Assembly (NCBI RefSeq): GCF_009914755.1
Contig: NC_060930.1
DNA length: 64,000 bases
Strand: one strand, 5' to 3'
Origin: the human T2T-CHM13v2.0 reference genome, Homo sapiens
Each line of letters opens with the position of its first letter. Positions within the stretch are counted from its first letter, which is position 1. Below the pieces are notes generated by a model that was not told where the DNA came from, made no database searches, and worked only from the letters and a program-made list of their open reading frames with translations. Below, piece by piece: positions 54,009 to 64,000 of this stretch. A program made the translations under genes and the position numbers.

Positions 54009-54943
54009 TGAGAGCTTGTGGCCAGCTGGGACTAGAATCCTAGTTAGCGTTGTGTCCACGTGACCCTGATAACAATAGCAATATACACATATTGAGCACT
54101 TCCTATGTTCTAAGAGCTCTGCATACACTAACTTGTCTAGTCCTCATGATATATGAGTACTACTGCCCCCATGTCACAGACAGGAAACTAAAGCACAGCA
54201 AGGCTCACAGATTAGATGGTTAGTCAGTAGCAGAGCTGGGGTTTCAATCTCGGCAGCGAGGCTCCCGGTCTGAGCACATGACCATCAGATTGTCTTGTCT
54301 GATAGCAGCAGCTGGGAAAACCAGGGGCCCAGCTCAGGGCCTGGCAGCCAGGCTTTGCTGCAGGATACCTAGATTGGAGGGCAGACATTTCAAAGAATGA
54401 TTTCAAAATGTTATGTACATTTTAAGCCCATCCTTCTCCAGCAAACCCCTCCCCTATGGCCTCCAGCCAGGGTGATCTTGCCCTTGGCTCTGAACCAGCC
54501 CTGTGGCAGGCAAGGATGGATGTGGCTGGAGACCCAAGGTCAGGGGCAGGGAGTTTGCTGGCTGAAAAGCTCCTTCTCTGTTCCCTCCTTTTTCCCTTCC
54601 ACCCTCCCCTTATGCTTTCCTGCTGCCTAGGTGAGTTGAGAGTGGGTTTGTGTTGCTTGCCCTGACACCAGACTTGACAGCAATGAGCACACATCATTCT
54701 CCCCACCTTCCCTTCTCCCCAGCCTGACTCTCTGTCATGATTTATTGCAAACTCCCTCCAAATCCAGGGGATTCCTCTAGGCCTCTGCCCTTTTTACTGC
54801 TTCCAAGAAGGTTGGAGACATGCCTCCTGCTGGAGGTGGTGTATTAGGAAAGGGTGGATGGCCCTGTGCATGGCCAGGGCCCAGGAGGAGGTGGGAGGAG
54901 AAGGTAGCGTCTGTCTAGCCCTCACAGGTGACTTCTTCCCCAG

Positions 54944-55002
54944 GTCATTGGGCTCCTGGATGTCTTCACCCCAGCCTCCTCCCTGCGCAACTTCTATGAC
55001 TT
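54944..55002 (+). CDS. MAPK13: MAPK13 exon 3
   Basis: ccccag|VIGLLDVFTPASSLRNFYD(F)|gtgagt. Confidence 0.95.
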
Positions 55003-56737
55003 GTGAGTTGGGCTGCACTGGGTTCTGGGGCATTTGCAGGCCTTACATGCCGCTGGGGAGCAAGGTGGGGGAGGGTCTAGGGTTTCTATTCCGGGTGTGG
55101 CGGGGAGAGCCTCCTTCCCTGGCAGTCCTGTGCCTTTGCCTGTCAAGTGTGATTCTCTCTGGAAAGATGCTTTTAGCCAAAGGCAGGCAGGAAGAGGCAG
55201 GAAGGACTTTGTGGGGTGCTTGCCTGGCAGGGGGCAGTCTGCACAGCTGCTTTGCTTTTTACCCAGCTTTAACACCACGAAGACACATCTGCCAGTCCTC
55301 ACAGGGTTAGCACCAACTCACCTTTCCTGGGGACACAGATGTGAGTCTGGACCTTGGAGCTCTTTCTAGCATGAAGCAAGGATTAAGAAGCCTTGGCTGC
55401 CTCTGGCTGATGGGGGTGTTTGACAGAATGGCAGAAAACCAGAATATTTAGCTGCAAAATGTATAGCTTTGCCTGTGCAGTGTCTGAATGAGACTGGACT
55501 ATTTGGACAAGATGGAGAAGTCAGTGTGGCACGTGGAGGCCAGCAGCTGGCTTGGTCAAGCTGAATCTGGACTGACCCTACAGGCAGCCTCAAGACCTGG
55601 GGACTTTGAGCCGGGAGGTGATATGTTCAGATGGGATTTGGGGGATGCACACTGGCAGCAGCAAGAAAGGAGTAGGAAGCAGCTCGGAGGCAGAGGGGGA
55701 GAGCCTGGAGGTCAGTGTTAGTGATCTAAAGTAGGGATCTAAAGCAGAGGTGATGGGATGCCAAGAGCAGACTTGAGGCCCCATTTGGGAGGCAGGGCCG
55801 ACACAATGTTCCATCTGTTGGGGTGCAGTAGCTGAGTGAGGTGGCAGAGGTGGAGGAATGGGCAGGTTCCTGCTTGAAATACACGGTAGAGGAAGAACAG
55901 ATCTTGGGGGAAAGATAACGAACTCCATTTTGGACACTTTACTTTTAAAGAAACTGTGAACATTCCAATGTTTAATCACAGTTGCAAATAAATATGAACC
56001 TCAGGAGACGAAGGTCTGGGCTAGGGATGTGGATTTGTGCTGGAATAATCACCGATGGGTTATAGCTGACACCCGGGAACAGATAATTGTAGAATGTGGT
56101 AAGATAGCATTGATTCAGATATCAACATGAAAGAGAAGATCCAAGAGGATGAGCAGATGGAAGAAGCTGAGAGGGCCTGATAGGAGGCAGAGGAGAGTCA
56201 GCAAAGAATTGAGAGGGAGTTTCAGACTTGGTGAAAGGTTAGATCAGAAGAAAAGGGAGTCATGGTGTGTTTGTCGGGTGTTCACTGGTGACCTTGAGCT
56301 GAGCAGTCTGGCAGTAGGAGGGAAGCAGAAACCAGGTTAACTCAGGACTGGGAGGTAAGGCAGTGGGATCCAGGAGTGTGGACCGCCCTTTCTAGAAGTT
56401 TGGTGGTGAGAGAGGGAGAAGGGGTGGTCAGTTGAAGAAGCAAAGTCAAGGGAATGTGGTTCTAGCACAGAGAGGCTTCAGGAAGCATGTTGCCAAGATG
56501 AAAGAACCAGTGCCCGAGTGGAGGGGAAAGACACAGGAGGGGACTGGGCATGGAGAGGCCCCCAAGGGAGGTGTGTGGTCCGGCAGGAGAGGGCTGCCAA
56601 AATCCAGAGTCTCCTGGAGATGCCTCCAGCATGTCCTTTCAAAAACAACAACAACAACAACAACAAAAAACACAACCTATTACATAATTGTTTAAGGTAA
56701 CATTCATTTTAAAAAAGTTTTAAATTTATTATATTCT

Positions 56738-57468
<731 letters not shown>

Positions 57469-58075
57469 ATTTTATAATTTTTATTATTTTTTGTCTTTGT
57501 CCTGGTCTTTGCTTTTACTGTAACAGTTACATTTTGCTGGCCTTATCCTGTTGTGCAATCCCCTAAGAGGCTGCAGGAGCCTCCCCATCTCCCTCTTCCA
57601 CCCTCCTGGAAACTGTTGTATTGTTTCCTTCTTGGAAAGGTAGACATATTGTTTGTTTGTGGAGCCATCTCAGCTGGGCATGACCCTCTGAGGGATCAAA
57701 TATTTGGACAGAAGCCGAAGGAAATACTGGCAGATGTTTCTAACTCCTAGCTGTGGCTTTCCCTGGGGTGTGGAGGAGGGCAAGGAGAGAGTACCTTTGA
57801 AGAGCGGGAACACAGTTCCATGTGGCTTTCCTGAGCGCGCTCCAACTGCAGCGCTTACTCCGAGCTCTGCCAGCTGGGCGGCCCGCCACAGGGAGACTGG
57901 GAGCCAGGAGCCCAGAGGCCCGTGTGGTGATCTGGCTGGCTGAGGTGGAGTTGAGTTTTTGCACACTGGAGGGTGTCTCTATGACCCCTGTTCTGCCCTG
58001 AGGTCCCTCCTCTGAGCTCTGACCTGGGGCTGGGTGGGACCCGGCACTGTTCCAAGAACCCCTCATGCCTTCCAG

Positions 58076-58184
58076 CTACCTGGTGATGCCCTTCATGCAG
58101 ACGGATCTGCAGAAGATCATGGGGATGGAGTTCAGTGAGGAGAAGATCCAGTACCTGGTGTATCAGATGCTCAAAGGCCTTAAG
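58076..58184 (+). CDS. MAPK13: MAPK13 exon 4
   Basis: ttccag|[36 protein letters not shown]|gtgggt; Met gatekeeper typical of p38 gamma/delta. Confidence 0.96.
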
Positions 58185-58341
58185 GTGGGTGGGGACTTGG
58201 AGGCTGGCAGAGGGGACGCCTTGCTGTCTAGACCTGAGGTTTGGGGAGGCTGGAGGGAGCGCACTGTTACAGGTCGGCCAGCCTGAAGTGCCTGGTGTGG
58301 AAGCTGGGCCATGGACTCACCCTTCTCTCTCTCCCACATAG

Positions 58342-58371
58342 TACATCCACTCTGCTGGGGTCGTGCACAGG
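58342..58371 (+). CDS. MAPK13: MAPK13 exon 5
   Basis: catag|YIHSAGVVHR|gtgagt. Confidence 0.95.
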
Positions 58372-58806
58372 GTGAGTGCTTTCTCTGCCATGGTCCTCAG
58401 AGGCCCCTGTCCCATCCCTGGGTATGGGGTTCTCTGGCAATCAAGGAGTGGGAAAGTTGGAGGGAGAGGACACTGCCCAGGAGCACAGAATGTGGAGTTT
58501 TCACACCCAGCCACGGCCCAGGAAGGCCTGCTCAAAAGAGTCACTGTGTCCCAGGGGACTTCATGGGGAATTGCTGCAGACAAAGTGAGCCCTGAGCTGA
58601 GTGTTTCAGGCTTCAAGAATCAGGAACATTTTAGAGCTGGGTGGGCCCTGAGAGAACACCTAGTCCAACCCTCATTTTACACATGAAGAAACTGAGGCCC
58701 AGAAGGGGAAGGGGCCTGGCTGAGGTCACACCCCTGGGTGGTGGTGGAGCTAGGACAAGCTCCATCTCTGCCTCAGCCTAGCATGCATTCTCTGTCCTCC
58801 CCCCAG

Positions 58807-58854
58807 GACCTGAAGCCAGGCAACCTGGCTGTGAATGAGGACTGTGAACTGAAG
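58807..58854 (+). CDS. MAPK13: MAPK13 exon 6
   Basis: ccccag|DLKPGNLAVNEDCELK|gtgagt; catalytic loop. Confidence 0.96.
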
Positions 58855-58978
58855 GTGAGTGGGCTGCAGGCTCAGCCCAGAGGCGGGATAGGCCCTCCCC
58901 CAGGGAAGCCCCTGGAAGCCGCTCCCAGAGCCTCCTCCCCTCAGCAAGTTCCTTTTCTATTTATCCCCTGTGCCATAG

Positions 58979-60689
<1,711 letters not shown>

Positions 60690-60769
60690 ACCTGGACCAG
60701 CTGACCCAGATCCTGAAAGTGACCGGGGTGCCTGGCACGGAGTTTGTGCAGAAGCTGAACGACAAAGCG
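60690..60769 (+). CDS. MAPK13: MAPK13 exon 9
   Basis: ccttaacctgccaccaag|(Y)[26 protein letters not shown]|gtgggt; 80 nt, like MAPK14 9a/9b. Confidence 0.96.
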
Positions 60770-61026
60770 GTGGGTGGTAAATGGGACCTAGGCTGGCCTG
60801 GGCTGTGTGCTTGCCTGACGTGGGCCCAGTGGGCTGCAGGCCTTTGTGGAAGAAGGCTCACCAGCACCTTCCCACAGCATCCTCCTACCCTGGCAGGCAC
60901 TCTTGTCTTAATCTCACCGTGGACCCTGACCTGAACTTTCAGCCCTGCTCTGAGGCTTTTCTGAAATCCCTGCTCTACACGCTGAGGCCAGAGCCCTAAG
61001 GGGTTTGATGCTTTTCTGTCTTCCAG

Positions 61027-61105
61027 GCCAAATCCTACATCCAGTCCCTGCCACAGACCCCCAGGAAGGATTTCACTCAGCTGTTCCCACGGGCCAGCCC
61101 CCAGG
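61027..61105 (+). CDS. MAPK13: MAPK13 exon 10
   Basis: ttccag|[26 protein letters not shown]|gtgagt; 79 nt. Confidence 0.96.
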
Positions 61106-61203
61106 GTGAGTCTCAGAGCCCGCTCCCCAGGGGCCTCTCAGCGTATCCCAGAGGGCGGGCTCTCCCAGCCCCTGGTGTGAGGCTCTTGGCTCTGCCCCTG
61201 CAG

Positions 61204-61380
61204 CTGCGGACCTGCTGGAGAAGATGCTGGAGCTAGACGTGGACAAGCGCCTGACGGCCGCGCAGGCCCTCACCCATCCCTTCTTTGAACCCTTCCGGGA
61301 CCCTGAGGAAGAGACGGAGGCCCAGCAGCCGTTTGATGATTCCTTAGAACACGAGAAACTCACAGTGGATGAATGGAAGC
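61204..61380 (+). CDS. MAPK13: MAPK13 exon 11
   Basis: ctgcag|(A)[58 protein letters not shown]|gtaaga. Confidence 0.97.
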
Positions 61381-61618
61381 GTAAGAGCTGGGGCCTCGGG
61401 CTTCCTCGCCTCCGCCTGCAGCCTCTCTTCCTTGCTTCCTCCATCTTTGTGCCTGGCCTCTGCCAGCCCTACCTGCCACCTCCTTCTTGGTGGGCATTGT
61501 CTCCTGGGTGCTTCTTTCTCCTTGAGCTGACTTCGCTCTCCATGCTGTCTCTGAAGGGGGGTGGACTTTCTCGCCACAGCACCTCTTTACGCACCTTAAA
61601 CCATGCTGCCTTTCTCAG

Positions 61619-61698
61619 AGCACATCTACAAGGAGATTGTGAACTTCAGCCCCATTGCCCGGAAGGACTCACGGCGCCGGAGTGGCATGAAGCTGTAG
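61619..61698 (+). CDS. MAPK13: MAPK13 exon 12 coding part
   Basis: ttctcag|(Q)[28 protein letters not shown]; the 12 exon lengths sum to 1098 nt = 365 aa + stop. Confidence 0.96.
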
Positions 61699-62005
61699 GG
61701 ACTCATCTTGCATGGCACCACCGGCCAGACACTGCCCAAGGACCAGTATTTGTCACTACCAAACTCAGCCCTTCTTGGAATACAGCCTTTCAAGCAGAGG
61801 ACAGAAGGGTCCTTCTCCTTATGTGGGAAATGGGCCTAGTAGATGCAGAATTCAAAGATGTCGGTTGGGAGAAACTAGCTCTGATCCTAACAGGCCACGT
61901 TAAACTGCCCATCTGGAGAATCGCCTGCAGGTGGGGCCCTTTCCTTCCCGCCAGAGTGGGGCTGAGTGGGCGCTGAGCCAGGCCGGGGGCCTATGGCAGT
62001 GATGC

Positions 62006-62421
62006 TGTGTTGGTTTCCTAGGGATGCTCTAACGAATTACCACAAACCTGGTGGATTGAAACAGCAGAACTTGATTCCCTTACAGTTCTGGAGGCTGGAA
62101 ATCTGGGATGGAGGTGTTGGCAGGGCTGTGGTCCCTTTGAAGGCTCTGGGGAAGAATCCTTCCTTGGCTCTTTTTAGCTTGTGGCGGCAGTGGGCAGTCC
62201 GTGGCATTCCCCAGCTTATTGCTGCATCACTCCAGTCTCTGTCTCTTCTGTTCTCTCCTCTTTTAACAACAGTCATTGGATTTAGGGCCCACCCTAATCC
62301 TGTGTGATCTTATCTTGATCCTTATTAATTAAACCTGCAAATACTCTAGTTCCAAATAAAGTCACATTCTCAGGTTCCAGGTGGACATGAATTCCAGGGG
62401 GAAATGATTCAACTCACTACA
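62006..62421 (-). mobile_element. MLT1 (MaLR) solo LTR in the MAPK13 3'UTR
   Basis: TGTGTTGGTTTCCTAGGG...ACAGTTCTGGAGGCTGGAA...CATTGGATTTAGGGCCCACCCTAATCC...ATTCAACTCACTACA, the usual antisense reading of MLT1. Confidence 0.82.
62355..62360 (+). terminator. MAPK13: Proximal poly(A) signal of MAPK13
   Basis: First AATAAA after the stop, ~660 nt downstream; lies inside an antisense MLT1 LTR. Confidence 0.65.
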
Positions 62422-62784
62422 GACAGCTGGGAGGGAGGGGCCCCTTCCTGGGCCCCGTGCTGAGGCCTTGTGCTCTGTGAAGGAACCCAATGTGTTTGGC
62501 TGCTAAATTAAGGGAGTTGCAGAGAGAGCTGCAGCTGGTGCGATTGCATTCAGGTTATTTTGGGTGAGTGATAAGCAATCAAGATATGAAACAACAGCAG
62601 GCTCGGAGACTGCGAGCTGCACAGGCAGAAATGGGCTCTTGCCTGGCTTGATGGCAAACCGTTCTGCTCCCTTTGGGAGATGGCACAGCTCTCCAGAGCT
62701 TTGACCTGACAGTGGCTAGAACCTCTCTGTTTTTATCTGAGAAACTTTGGCAGAACAAATTTCCATGTGCACAAGCTGTCGGGC

Positions 62785-62970
62785 ACAGTGGGTCTCAAAT
62801 TTCCTTGTGCACCAGGGGACTTGTTAAAATGCAGATTCCTGGGCCCCACCCCAGGGCTTGTGACTCAGCAGGTCTGGAGTTGAGACCTTAGAATGTGCAT
62901 TTGAATGAGGACCTCTCGCCCTGACCCAAGCCTAGTGATTCTGATGGATATCAGACCATAGTTCGAGACA
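62785..62970 (+). mobile_element. MER5A
   Basis: CTTGTTAAAATGCAGATTCCTGGGCCCCACCCCAG. Confidence 0.75.
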
Positions 62971-62995
62971 TTTAGTGGATTTCAGTCATACTTGA

Positions 62996-64000
<1,005 letters not shown>

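Overview
Primate genomic DNA, by sequence human (Alu/L1-rich), covering the tandem p38 MAP-kinase locus. The + strand carries the 3' half of MAPK14 (p38 alpha): most of a very long intron 8, two mutually exclusive 80-nt exons (9a at 18308-18387, 9b at 22510-22589), exons 10-12 and a ~2.8 kb 3'UTR. About 19 kb downstream lies the complete 12-exon MAPK13 (p38 delta; ATG 52899, stop 61698, 1098-nt CDS = 365 aa) with its CpG-island promoter. MAPK14 intron 8 holds a full-length sense L1PA (5367-11878, with TSD), an older antisense L1M with a nested MaLR LTR, and an antisense processed NUDT5 pseudogene. Exon numbering follows homology to the MAPK13 exons seen here; repeat subfamily names are by eye. 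Best leads: (1) a minor-spliceosome (U12) intron architecture that would hard-wire 9a/9b exclusivity; (2) an unexplained ~80-bp, 83%-identical duplicated element between the two exclusive exons; (3) an NMD-escaping alternative frame (Exip) and a long stop-free read-through of the last MAPK13 intron; (4) TE-derived poly(A) signals for both paralogues; (5) two footprints of templated mutation. Most other ORFs in the six-frame track are Alu/L1/GC-rich noise.
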